Shown in pieces: positions 11,821 to 24,110 of a stretch of DNA of 64,000 nt. Where the stretch lies: positions 55,182,001 to 55,246,000 of the forward strand of contig NC_045696.1 of assembly GCF_009834535.1 (NCBI RefSeq), in the 5' to 3' direction. Numbering within the stretch: the first letter of the stretch is position 1; each line of letters starts with the position of its first letter. The DNA is from Camelus ferus (lineage: Eukaryota). Position numbers and translations under genes: made by a program. The notes beneath the pieces are model-generated. The model did not search any database. It worked only from the letters and a program-made list of their open reading frames with translations, and was not told where the DNA came from.

Positions 11821-13385
11821 GCTGTCAAAAAAAAAAAAAAACCACTGCCTCAGAAGAAATTTATTCCACAAGTTGATTTGGAGATGTCCTAGCAAATGAG
11901 TTTATAATGCTTCCCTAAATATCATGAGGAGGTAGCCAACCTAAACTGTAATTAATTAAAAGTAATCTGTAAACTTGTCGAGTGTAAACTGGTACAAAAG
12001 GATGCTAAATGAGAAAGGGAAGGACTCAGGCAGCAACAAAGGCAGGTGACAGTGGTCAGCAGAGAGGGGAGGTGAGGAGGGGATTTGCCTCTCTCTCTTT
12101 CTGCTTGGCATGAGGGCGCCCAGATTGGAAATGTGCTGGCTCTTCAGACAGAAACATTTCTTGGGATGCAAGAGACAATTCATCAAGCTACCAAGGCTTG
12201 ACAGGACCATCCCTTGAGGACATCAGCTCTGATTCTATATTCACCAAGAAACCTTCTGAACTGTCATGTGTTTTTCTGAGTGAACTCACAATCTCAGGCC
12301 ATGTTTTTCTCCAGCTGCAAGTTAATAAACCTGCATCCTAACTTACATATCAGAATAGAGGATGGAAAAGTACTATCATGAACCAATTATTTGGTGCCTA
12401 ATTGTGCCAGGATAAAGCTAAACAGGATAAAATTCCTGGTGCTATCAAACTGCAGACTGGACTTAAGTGTTAGAAGGTCCAGCCTAATAGCTTCACCTGT
12501 CATATCACTCCAATGAGTACAGCAAAGATTATAAGAAAAGCTAAGGGCTGGAAGAAAGCCCCAGCCTCCAATGTTGTGATTCCCCACTGGGTCCTTCAGA
12601 GTTCAAAGAAGCATTACATGGACTACAACACAAAAACAACTCCCTTTGTCTCGGTAGACACCAAGCAAGAGATCAAAAGGCAGCAGATGTATATCATGGC
12701 AAAAGAACGAGTGGTTAGCTAAAAAAAGAACTCTTAACAGGGCAATTGATTAATTAGAGTTATTATAAAGCATAGCTTTATAAGGTAGATAATTACTGGT
12801 CCAATATAGTTAACATTCAAATCTATCCGCTTAGTCATTTCTAGCCCCATGACCCTTCAAATGTACTTACATGGCACCAAAATAATTTGATTCAATGCAA
12901 ATAAATCAAACTAATCAAGTTATCTTATATACAAAAAATAACTATCTGAAAGACTTTTTCTTTAAACTCTCCAACAGACTGGGTTGGCACTGCATAGATT
13001 AAGTATAGATGATCTGTAGGCCAAAAGCCCAGAGAAACTCTCAATTTATTTTCTTCTGGACAACATGAAAAGCACCAAGAGGTAATATCACCCAGACTTA
13101 CTTTTGCTTCGAGTTGCAAAAATGCAATATAACTTTCAAAACCTTTATCCAATGAAGTTTAGGTCTCTATAAAATTTAGAATGCCTTTCTGAAATTCTCT
13201 CTTCTACTCTGTGTCCATGTACTACCTCTAGCCACACCATTCTATCTGTGGCTTTCTCTCTCTGTGAGTCTGACTCTATGTAATTCTCTCTCTCACTGTT
13301 TCTCTCTTAGATGATCTACCCTATTGTCTAGTTCTTGCCCCTTCATATTCATTTTTCTCCTCATTCTCTTTCTTTTTGTCTACCC

Positions 13386-13611
13386 CAGTGCTGTCCAATA
13401 AAACTTTCTGTAATGATGAAAATATTCTATATATGCACTTTCCACTGCAGCAGCCACCAGAGATATGTAGTTACTGAGCATTTAAATTGTGGCTAATGCC
13501 AACGAGGAAGCAAATTTTTAGTTTTTAATTTCAATTTAATTTCAATTCAATTTTAATATTTAATTTTAAATAGTTACAGATAGTTAGCAGTTACCCTACT
13601 GAACAGTGCAT
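13386..13611. mobile_element. MER3 hAT-Charlie MITE
   Basis: cagtgctgtccaataaaactttctgtaatgatgaaaatattctata ... AT-rich centre ... ctactgaacagtgca; about 225 bp. Confidence 0.9.
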
Positions 13612-13869
13612 AATTCTAATACATATAATTAATATTGGAATTAATATTTTCAATCACTATAGTACACGTGCATATGTGTGTATATGTAATCTTTATCTGT
13701 TAGAAATAAAAAATTAAGCTTCCATGACTCAAGTGATTACTCCCTTTCAACAAAAGCATGATCTCTGACAATTTTTTTTTAACTCTCTAAGCTTGAAATC
13801 TCTAAGGAATTCAAGGAGGAAAAAGGAATAGTGAAGCAATGAAGCAAGAAAGAGAAATAAACTTTTTTT

Positions 13870-14260
13870 TTCAGGCTGTAAACTTGAGCAGCAATGTCAA
13901 TCCATGAAGCCATTCCTGCCAGTCTGCTTTGGCCCTGCCTATCAATGGAACATTAACGGCTGATTAGCAAATACTGAAGGTTGGTGGATTTGTCCCGAGG
14001 AGATCGGAGCCAGGGCTCTTTGATTAAGCCTCCCCATTGCAGAGATTTTACAGGACTGCGCTCCGACTTGGCCGGAGCAGACGTCAGCCAGGTGAGCCGC
14101 TCTCGCCTTGAACCTGTGGGCCAGTCAATCTAGAGCGAAAGCTCCGCCTACAGGTCACCCAAGTTAATGCAGCCTCGCTAACACAGCGTCTTCATTCATC
14201 CTGACAAACAAGCCCATACAGTAGAAAATCTTATCTCCAAATCCGGCCACAGAATCGCAG
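13870..14260. promoter_or_regulatory. Candidate conserved non-coding / enhancer-like element, locally CpG-enriched
   Basis: No recognisable repeat; more than a dozen CpGs in 13990-14260 against a CpG-depleted background; CRE-like GACGTCA 14080-14086, TCF-like CTTTGAT 14018-14024, GTCAATC at 13896 and 14124. Function is inferred only. Confidence 0.4.
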
Positions 14261-15139
14261 GTTCATGGGAGTGTGAGGAGGTGGATAAAGTGAAGCACTG
14301 GTCAGTTTCATCTCCCCAAAACACTACACCCCTGATCCCACCACAGAGAAGCACTTCATTTTGGGACAAATAGCAGCTCATCGCCGACCTCCTTCCTATG
14401 TGCACTTAAGCTGGGCACCAGGGTCTAAAGTCCCCTCGCAGTTCCCGGTTCCTTGTCGAATGCACATGCCACTGTACATCCTTTTCTTTTATTTGGAGAT
14501 TGAACAATGTAAATGATTTTACTGACAATGAAGTACTTATTAAGCAACCTAGAGATAGAATTAGATCCTCCTACTTTCCCTTCATTTAATGACAATGGAA
14601 TAGTCTATTGTTACATTAAAAGCATTAGAGATGAGCATAATAACCCTGCTATTTTTACCACTCCGCTGCAACCTTGACTGGATTTACACTTTATTATAGA
14701 CAATGTAGAACTGAGATTTTTAAGTTTCCTGACACTGCCTGTCGCATTGTTATCCAGATTGCCCCGGACAAAAGCCAGGCCTGAGTCTGTGGGGAGGAGA
14801 GCTTGCTGGGAAAGCTGCTTGAGTTAGACACCTGAGAGGAGTCTGAGCTTCCATCAAGGAAGACCACCTGGGCACTGGGGAACTGAACTGAGACTGCTTT
14901 GGGTTTAATGGCACTGTCCCCATAAGCCAAACTTTCTGATCCGTAGAGGTCAGAATATGGAAGTGTGGTTGGCCCCCTGACTAGGTTTGTAAACCCTGCG
15001 GGATCTTCCACATTTGAGTTCCGGTTCCTCTTTACTTCGGTGAAGGGGAATGAGATGAAGGAAGGTGAGGCCACAGGATAGGGTCAGCGAGCCACGCCAG
15101 AAGGGGTATTTTTCCATTAGAGCCACACCAGAATCAATA

Positions 15140-15750
15140 TTCATTCATTCGTTCATTCAGTATTCCCTTGGCTGTAACAGGGAGACGCAGTACCAAGACT
15201 AGAGAGAGGCACAGCTGCTGTCTTCAGCAGAGTTCCACTCCCTGGTGGCCATCTGATGAAATGTGTTGGGACAAAGCTCATGTTTCTGCAGAGCTAAGAT
15301 ACTTATTCCAGGGGAGTTCAGTTATGTTATCACCTATGCTGGAAATATAGAAACAAAAATTCCTGTCGCATCTCAGTTGTTTCATTATGATGCTATTTGC
15401 TGTCCTGGCAAATTAGTCTTTGTTTATCCTTCAATCAAATATTTAAGGAGCCCTGACTGGAGGTAAGACATTATGCTGGGCTTTTTATAGGTTCTGTGAG
15501 CAACGCAAAGGTCCTCAAGGAGCTCACAGGCCACAAAGGAAAATAGGACATGTGCATAAATAACTACACTAAATTGAAAGATATACCAACTGCATAAGAG
15601 AAAACTAAAAAACTGTTAAGAGAGATTAGGGGTTGGTGGGATTGCAGGAAGGTTCAAGAAAGCTAGAGGACATAGAACGTGAATTTGATGAGAGAGCGGA
15701 GGTTCTTCAACAAAAATCAATAGGGCAAGAAGTTGTTCTGAACACCGTTA
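15140..15750 (-). mobile_element. L2 fragments (antisense)
   Basis: attcattcattcgttcattca tail; tcaatcaaatatttaaggagcc..tatgctggg..ggtcctcaaggagctcacag. Confidence 0.6.
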
Positions 15751-15789
15751 AAATCACTAACCCAGCTGAGCTACCAGCAAGCTCTCTGG

Positions 15790-15930
15790 GAGAAAGTTAG
15801 TAATACTGTTATTTTCTCTTTTTTTTCCAAATGACGAAACTGAGACTTGGATAATTTAAATAACACATTGGTACAGAGGTGACCTAGAATTTTGCTGTAA
15901 TCTAGCTACCTAACTTTGGAGTTCTGTACT
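15790..15930 (-). mobile_element. MIR fragment
   Basis: gtaatactgttattttctc..caaatgacgaaactgagactt core. Confidence 0.55.
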
Positions 15931-16137
15931 TACAAAGGCCAACTTACTATTCCAAACAGGGCAAGCCTTTCCCTTACTGGCTGGTCATTTTGTCCCTTGC
16001 CATCTCCTCTGCTTTGGTCATACAGTTTATCCCAACTTATATGATCTCATACCCTGTCTTCACTTATACAAATTATCCTTATAATTTCCAAGGCATGTGG
16101 AACAAAAGGATTCATGCCTGACAAAAGGATGCAATAG

Positions 16138-16892
16138 TGTGGTAGCTGCATTTCCCAAAAAGGGTTACAACAGTATTTCTGGTTCCACGTGCTCATCCCT
16201 AATTGGCCATTCTCCCATCAAGAAGTGGAGTCTACGTCCCCTCCCCTTGAAGCAGCAGAAGTGAAGCTATCTGAGCCCTGAGGCCAGGCCACAGAAGGTG
16301 ATGCAGCTTCCCCCTAATGCTCACCCTCCCCCTTCTCTCTCAGATGCTTGTCCTTGGAACCCAGTCACCACGCTGTGAAAAAGCCCAGGACACACGAAAA
16401 GGCCCAGAGGGAGAGGATTTCCCCTCTGGGCCTCATCCTTAGCTGAGATCCCAGCTGGTGATAACCTGTTAAATGCTGAACCTCTGGAGGTGAGTGGGAA
16501 CTCTGACTTGCAGTATTTCCAATTGCCATGGTGTAAATACTCACTCTATGGCTGAGATCACATGGCAAACATGATCCCACTAAAAATGGATTTGAGACAC
16601 GGATGCACACCACTGGCTTTGTACATCAACCCAAGCTGGTGCCAGCACAGCCCTGCTCCCAGCCCACAGCCTGCACCGACTCCACCACCCCGTGAGTGAA
16701 CCACATCCGGAGCCAGCATCCAGACATCAGTCCAGCTGCGCCAGGTGGCTCCGCGTGGAGCAGATACTGACTTCCCCATCAAAGTCCTGCCCAAACTTCA
16801 GGTTTCTGAGTAAAATAACTGCTGGGTTTTTTTTTTTTTTAAGCTAACAAGTGTTAGAATGGTTTGTCATAAACCATGAAATAATCAAATCA
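16138..16892 (+). mobile_element. MLT1 (E/F-like) MaLR LTR, split by MER63
   Basis: tgtggtag start; ctcccatcaagaagtggagtctacgtcccctccccttgaa; ccttggaacccagtcaccacgctgtga; 3' gtcctgcccaaacttcaggtttctgagtaaaataa..tttaagctaacaagt. Confidence 0.85.
16456..16655 (-). mobile_element. MER63A-like hAT-Blackjack MITE nested in MLT1
   Basis: atttccaattgccatggtgtaaatactcactctatggctgag is the MER63 core in reverse; right TIR ccagcacagccctg; 8-bp TSD atcccagc (16448-16455) / ctcccagc (16656-16663). Confidence 0.85.
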
Positions 16893-17039
16893 AATAAATA
16901 AATGTAAAGGAGAGGAGAAGACTCCGAGATGACCCTGAGGTTATAAGCCCAAAAGATTGTAAAAGCAATTATCTAGTTGAAACTAAGGAAACCACAGCTA
17001 AAATTTATAAGTTGGAAAACCACAATTGTAGACTAAGGC

Positions 17040-17096
17040 AAAGCAAAAAAACCCAAAAAACAAAAAACAAAACAACAACAACAACAAAAAAAAAAC
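17040..17096 (+). repeat. A-rich (CAAAA/CAA)n simple repeat
   Basis: Directly visible. Confidence 0.85.
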
Positions 17097-18769
17097 AGAG
17101 TAGCTGATGTTGGCTAGACATTAGGTGATTATCTGATTAAATGAAGATAATACTAGAGCCCAGCTTAACCTCTAAGGGAATGTTTGCATTTTAAAAGGAG
17201 AGGCTAACAGAACAAATTAGTAGTCCTCAAAGCCATGTTTGTCTGAGGTGTTCTGTTTCTAAAATCAAATAATGGTAGCTGTTTATATCTGAATTCACAG
17301 AGAAAAGACATTTCAGTGACTTCAGTTTTCTCAATTTAAAATGTTAGCCCATTAGAAAACCAAAGATTTCTTAAATTTTTCATGATTGCTACAGTTTTGC
17401 TGTTAGAGAGTCCAAGCAAATAATAAGACAAATTATTAAGTACTACATTAATGTTCCCAGAAAAAAAATTAGAATTATCTTTAATTCCTCGGCAGATGTG
17501 ATTATGGGAGTGATTTCATATTGCAGCATATAATACAGTCATATTTTCTGCTGGTTAAATGCTCTTAGTTTGTAAATGGCATTAAGTATCTCAATATTTC
17601 ATGGAGTTCTCCTCAGAATATGACTTCCTCTATAGGTGTTTTGCCAACCGAACAAGATTGAGAAGCACTAACTTAAATGAATCTGTCATTAGTAGAATGT
17701 AAGAGCTATGTTTCAACAGGCTGGGAAGACTCTCTGCACTGTCCCTACTCCATGCCTTCACCACAGGACAGAGAGAACGGTAATCAGCCACTTGGCATCT
17801 TACTCCTCAACGGCTTACTACTCTGGCCTTAAGGCAGCAGCAAGGAGCCAGAAGCTTTCTGAAGGTAAATTTAGCCTGAAGACAGAGAGCCATGTGGTGG
17901 CCCAAAGAGATACTTGGTTATAAGATTAGAGTGTATGAATACAAAATGAAAATTGCCATCAAAGTCTAGGGATGAAACCAAAGTGATCGAAGTCAATCAA
18001 GGCAAGTGGGAAGGGACCCAACATTAGTAATCCTAGTTCCACCATGCTTGGTCAGCTGCTTTTAGAAAGTGCCTGTCTGTGGGTGTGTGTGTTACATCAA
18101 AGTCCTAAGAACTGTTTTTCAAACAAGATTCTATAAACAAAATCATCTACCACCAATAGATAAAAAAAGTTAGCCAATTCCAGAAAAAATCATTCCTTTG
18201 ATACTAATTTGAAAACAAAAAGTATAAATGAAAACGAAATGTATAAAACTCTGAATAGTGTTATAGACCTAAATATAATCACACTGATACTCAAAATTGT
18301 GATGGCTGAATTTTCCAAATATGTGGACCTCCTAACAAAAAATGCTAGTTAGCCGGCGGATTCTGACTTTATGTAAAATACAATGATGATGACTTACTAA
18401 TTGTTTTTGTGGTTTATATTTCACCAAGTTCCAAATTGGATTTGAGGCCGCATTCTTTCTTAGATCAAAGTTGATTCTCGGTCTCTCTCTCTCGTCTTTC
18501 TCGTTCTCATAACAAGATTAATAGGACCTGATAGCTCCTTTTCTTTGTTGTCACTTGACAATAATTTAAAATATTGAGGAAACTAAACTCTTCTGAATTT
18601 CTTAACCATCCTATTCCAGCACATACTCCTGCTACAGCTGTCTTCTTTCTAACACTGGGTAAGGTAGAGGGGTGACGAGAGGGGAGGGGACTGGTATCCA
18701 CTGCCTTCGAAGGAAGTTCCTGTCAAAGATTTAAAATCAAAACAAAGCCCTTTGCTAGCAAGGGGGTAA

Positions 18770-19250
18770 GAAGATCTGTGTGTTCATACAACTGTTGGTC
18801 TAAATGTGACAGACCTTCAAAATTGCCTTTATTCTTTGACCCCATAATTTCAAGTCAAGAAACGTGGTCTGAAAAAAAAAGTCCAAAAACATTAAAAAAA
18901 TTAATGTTAAGGCATGTTCATCTTGTTGTTAGATATAATAGAATTTTTAAATAACTTAAATGCCAATAATACAAGAAGTTTAAATAGATTCTAGCATATC
19001 TATATGATATAACAGCCTACAGAACTCTCCGTGCAGAGTGATTCCATTTGTGTGTGTGTGTGTGTGTGTGTGTGCGCGTGCCTGCATGTGGGAGCACACA
19101 TGCACATGAATGAAAAAGGAGATAAATACATATCCTAACAGCACTTATTCCCGGGATGAGAATTATGAAATTTCTATTTCCTTCCTTATATTTTTCTATG
19201 CCTTCTAAACATTCTGCAGAATGGATGTTATTTTTATAATCATAAAAAAA
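18770..19250 (+). mobile_element. Old L1 (L1ME-like) 3' fragments containing a (TG)n run at ~19049-19073
   Basis: ttctttgaccccataatttc..gcatgttcatc..cttaaatgccaataat..; terminal attctgcagaatggatgttatttttataatcataaaaaaa. Confidence 0.6.
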
Positions 19251-19839
19251 GATAATGATACTCCAAGTAAGTTGCCCATTCATATCCTTAAAAAATCAGT
19301 CAGAATATCCAAGCCTCTGAAATATTGCAGAGAGTCTGACGCCGGGTGAACTGATTTCCTTTTTATTGACTGTGCCCTGCAAGGACTTGACTTCAGCTGG
19401 GTTCTCCCTTCATCACGCTGCCTCACCCGCACCCTCTGGGTGCCAAGCAGGGAAAAGTCTATGGCTTTCTCTCTCCCATCAGTACTGCTTCTCTCTGCTT
19501 TAGGCTTTTGCTCTGGCCTTGTAAGCCAGGGGCACATTCTCTTTCTCTTTCTCTTTCTCTCCTTTTGCCCAGGCCTTGCCCTAGAAGACATCCTGGCTTT
19601 AATGATGTTCTTTTTCCTTCCTCACCATCGTGAAATATCCAAGAGCTAATTGTCCTCCTGGGTTCACATGCAAGTAGAAATTGTGGGCCCCCACCATTAT
19701 TTAATTAAGAAAGAAACCTGTCAGAACTCTGAAGCTTGATTCTCATTATCTTTCTTGTGTTTATCTTCTCTGACACTTTTATACAAAGATCTTCAGGATA
19801 ACATTAGTCTTATGAGGCTTTGGGGCCCCTCATATATAT

Positions 19840-20200
19840 CAAGAGGCCAAAACTGATTATACTCTTTAACGCAGTATTCCATTTCTGAGACTATAGTCCC
19901 CTCAAATCCAAAATTTGGAGGGATACTCTATGAGACATTCACTGAAGTATAATTTGCAATAGCCAAAATTAGAAGTAACCCAAGTGACCTACAATTGAGA
20001 AATAATTAAATAAAAAGGCACACTCATAAAATAAAGGGTTTTTTTAGTTATAATCATTAAAATTAATGACTAAGACTAGGTAGCAATGGGCAAATATTTA
20101 AATATAATTTTCATTTTTTTTAAAGCAGTGCTTAAATAAATTATAATCTAAGTAAAAGGGTACAAGAAAATCTGGAAGGACGAGGACAGATTATAAAGAA
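19840..20200 (+). mobile_element. Old L1 (L1ME-like) fragment
   Basis: ctctttaacgcagtattccatttctgag..acattcactgaagtataatttgcaatagccaaaattagaagtaacccaagtg. Confidence 0.6.
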
Positions 20201-21693
20201 AAGCATTATTTTTTCCCCCACAGTTAGTTGCTTTCATTCATTTGAAATATATTCAAACTCTAATAAAAAGGTGCATATTAAGTTTTAAAGGTTCCAGTAT
20301 TGAAGGATCTTACTACCCACCTGTGGACTGAGGTGACGTTTCCTTCCTTCCCAGTTACCCCATCCCAGCAGGACAACGGTGACCTCCTTCTAGGGAAGAC
20401 AAAGTTCCATGTCACCAACACGGTGAAGCGGCTCACTTTCCTCCCCCGTCAAACACCTCTGCTCTGAACAAAGCAAACTGAAGTCCAAAGTCAACCACTG
20501 TCCTGCCAACTGTCTGTGATCCAGTGTCTCTCCCTGGATCTGCTCATGCCTTGGGCACTATATCCACCATGGCTGCGTCTTGTACAACAGAGTTAGCAAG
20601 TCTGCGGGGACCTCTAAGTGCCAACCGGGCAGTGTTGCAGGAAGGGGTTTCCCACTACCTCTCGGAGCTAATATTTCTTGTCTGGCACTGCCAGCAGCCA
20701 CCCTCTGGAGTGCTCTGACCACTGCTGGAGGAGCCCCTCCTGTACTCCATGTCACCCTCCTGCCAGACATACTGCCTCCTCTGTTCCCCAGCTCCTCCTT
20801 AGCTTTGCTGCTGTCTTCTGCCTTCCGCTAGAAAGTTCGTAACACCTTTCACCGAACCCCTTTTCTATTTCTCAAGATGCTTGTATTTGAGGCTTCCCAC
20901 CCAGTTTGGCTAAAGAAAAGCAGTTCTGTCACCCTGAACCTGTAAGTCACTTAGAACCTGTGAGGCTCCAGCAGCGCCAAGCCCTCTCCTGTTCCCATTC
21001 TGTCAGTGTTTCCAGGGAACACAAAGGCCCCAGGTAGAAGGAGGTCCAGATTTGCACTCGGACAAACAAATCTGCAAGCATATCACAAGGTCATTTTTCA
21101 ATGCTGCACAAATTCCCCAGCCTTCTAGCAAGAGGAGACGCTCTCATTAATGACACTATCCTAAACTCCCAGGAGGACGGATAGAAATGAAGTTGAGCAC
21201 GTTCACTCATGACCTTGGTAGCCTTTTCCCCGGCCTTCCTTGGGCCCAAGCTAAGATTTTCCTAAAGTCCAAAATTGTGAGTTCCCAGGTCCCTCATATG
21301 CACATTTTGTTTTGAAATGTAGAAAACTGCATGTCCATTAAAAAATATGAGTTAGAAGAAATATTTCCAAGTGATCACTATAGATGTTAGTGTGGTAGAA
21401 CTCTAGACGATTTCTTTTTCTAAATCCTTATTTTCCAATTTTTTATTTTACATTTTTCAACCTAAAACAAAGAGGGCAAATAACACAGGAATATCTCAAG
21501 ATCTTCACCACTGATCAACACTCCCTACAAAACCAGAATATTTTTTTTTATTTGGTCTTTGTTTTGTTTTCTCCAACTTCTGTCTTTTTCCTCTCTGGTG
21601 GGGATTCCTAATTGTAGTTTCATCCATCCATTCATCCATCCCTTTTCCATTCCTGCCTTAGAGGAACCAAGCAGGGAAGCCATGAGCTGCCTT

Positions 21694-21725
21694 TAAAAAA
21701 AAAGAAGAAGAAGAAGAAGAAGAAG
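21694..21725 (+). repeat. A-run followed by (GAA)n microsatellite
   Basis: Directly visible. Confidence 0.9.
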
Positions 21726-22150
21726 GAAACACTCAGCGGCAGTCACAGGCACTAATGTGAGAAGCTGGAGAAGGTGTCATTTTTCACTCAAACTGACATT
21801 TAAGCTGTTTCATAAATATGAAATCAAACTTGAGGGTCCAGATGGGCTTGCCGCCCCCTCCGCCTTTTGCTGGAATGACATGCTATTTACCAGCCTCAGA
21901 AAGGGGGACTGAGAGATGAAACTTTCAGATGAGTCACTGAGGAAAGTGATTGATGAGTGATGAATGAACTGGTGATTTTTCATACAAGCATCAGGAGACA
22001 GCCACTGCACGATGGACAGCCATCCCCAATGTGTACTACGGCCACAGTCGGACGTGACAAGAAGCAAGGTGGTCACATTTTCCCAGTGCTGTACAGAGTA
22101 CAAGTCAAGCTTATCACTGAGGTCCATGGGGGCATTCCCAAGAGGAAAGG

Positions 22151-22713
22151 TGTGGAGCTGGCTGGTACTCTGGGAATGTGGAACCAGCAGGCGCTCTCTG
22201 AAGTCACTCTGAAGTCCATGAGACCCTCACCCCTGGGCTCTTTGTGTGCCTGGAGCCTACTGACACCTTAACCCCCACTCCCCACTGCAGGACTCTCCTC
22301 CGCATACCTGCATTTCTGCAAGATAAAAACATCTTCCCTTGATATGTATTTACCCTAAGAAAACTAACCCCCCAGGAGATAGCCTGTCTCATGATACCCT
22401 AGGCTGACAGATCATCCCGCCCTTCTCAGAGTCATAAATCCTATTACTCTGAGTAGCCTCTGACAGATCTTACAACCAATCAGGTACCTGTGCATGAACT
22501 GATCATGCAGCCCCTACCCCCTGTGTGCACAGCCCCCTCCCCCAATAAAAGACCCTGCACGGTCACCCTCGGTGCTCACGCAGGCACCTCTCCTCTGTGG
22601 CCCACTGTTTCCTACAGCAGTGTATCTATTAAACTTTCCCTTTGTTCTTAAATCCTTGTGGTCTTTGGTAAATTCTTTTACCACTTGAGACCACTGTTTT
22701 GTGTCCCACAACA
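22151..22713 (+). mobile_element. Solo ERV LTR, well preserved, probably lineage-specific
   Basis: TG...CA termini (tgtgga.. / ..acaaca); flanks aaagg / agagg (5-bp TSD, 1 mismatch); CCAAT 22476-22480; TATA-like aataaaa 22544-22550; polyA signal ATTAAA 22628-22633; U5-like ggtaaattcttttacc. The left boundary is less certain. Confidence 0.75.
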
Positions 22714-24039
22714 AGAGGGTCACTTTTTCATGGATGATTCTGTAGCAGCAGTGGTTTCTATATCATACATGCATCACAAGAAGAGCATCACATGAAGTCT
22801 CATATGAAATATGAGTTTTGAGGACACAGGCATCTGCTAGGATCTTCAAATCATAGAGTATTAATGACAGTACTGTCCCGCCAAGGGCTCCCTAGAGGTC
22901 TGTTTTGGAGGTGAGCATTGCAGAGCCTTGTCTGCATCTCCAGAGCCCTGTGGAGCAGGAAGAGGTGAGGAAGGCAGGGGATTCAGGAGCAACACCATGT
23001 CCTGGAAAAGTACCTCCTATTACTACGCCGCAAAGCCACAGTGGAGATGGAATGTGGTTCTCCATCATTCTGGAGGACTCCCAAAAGTGCCCTGGCACTT
23101 GTCTCTGGTCCCGCCTCACAACTCTGAGGAGTCTTAATTTCCTGATAAACAAACAGACAGCCTTGGTTTATTTTATAGCTGTTGATAAGAAGCATGGAAA
23201 TCTTTTTTGTTAATCATTTTTCAATGACTGAAGTGAAATTTAATGATGGCCATAAATGTAAATTTTCCTCATTATTTGAAAGGCAAGAACTTGACACTGT
23301 GGGGCACTTTCTCCAGGGAAAATGTGGTGGTGATTTGTAGGCAGTAGCTGTGACCTGGAGCCACACACATATTCCCCTGGATGGGCAGAACAGACCTTTC
23401 AAAATAGGACAGATTCCAGTTGGTTTGGTCAAATTCTTTGGAGAGACCGGCTTTGTATGCATGTAAACACTCAGGGGGAAAGAGTCTCGTTATAGTTCAA
23501 TAGACTAGCAATGTCAGTGAGTTGTTCTGCCTACTTCTTCCAAGCACTCTTCTGCAAAACAGAGTCCTGCAGAAGGGGCTTAACATTAGCACAATGTTAG
23601 GAAAGGAGAATTTCTCTCCCTCTGCTCCTCCCCAGATCAACCGCACCATAATCCTTGGCAAAGCAGTACCAATGTCCCCACCTGGCTCCAACTCTGGATT
23701 GCCTCACCCCATATGCTACCTTTGGGGGACCTGACGAGGATCACATGCAAGCTTTGCACCTATCTGTGAGTTAATGTCTCTTTACAAACAAGGGGGCAAG
23801 CAGCTGCTGTACCACCTGAAGAAGGATTAGGAAAATCTGCAGAGAGAACCTATTCTAGTAGAATAAGGAAACCGGTAGGAGAGAGAAGGAGACCAAGATG
23901 TAGGGACACAAACACAAAGCCAAGCTTCATTTCTCTCTTTTAATGTCTTCAGTTTTCAGTGGGTTCGTGATTTACTTGTAGATAAATATCTTTCTCTTGA
24001 TTGAGTCTCGGAAAAAATAAATGTTCATACATGCATATG

Positions 24040-24043
<4 letters not shown>

Positions 24044-24104
<61 letters not shown>
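24044..24104. repeat. (TA)n microsatellite, about 30 units
   Basis: Directly visible; source of the IYIY/YIYI ORFs. Confidence 0.97.

Positions 24105-24110
<6 letters not shown>

Noticed and set aside
21848..21866. CTCF site
   Set aside because: Only the AGGGGGCG half fits; the 5' CCAC/CCGC half does not. Better read as an SP/KLF GC box.
21810..22271. Overlapping ~105-aa ORFs or a minus-strand exon (MDLSDKLDLYSVQHWENV..)
   Set aside because: No recognisable homology, weak donor, and the putative acceptor lies inside the adjacent LTR.
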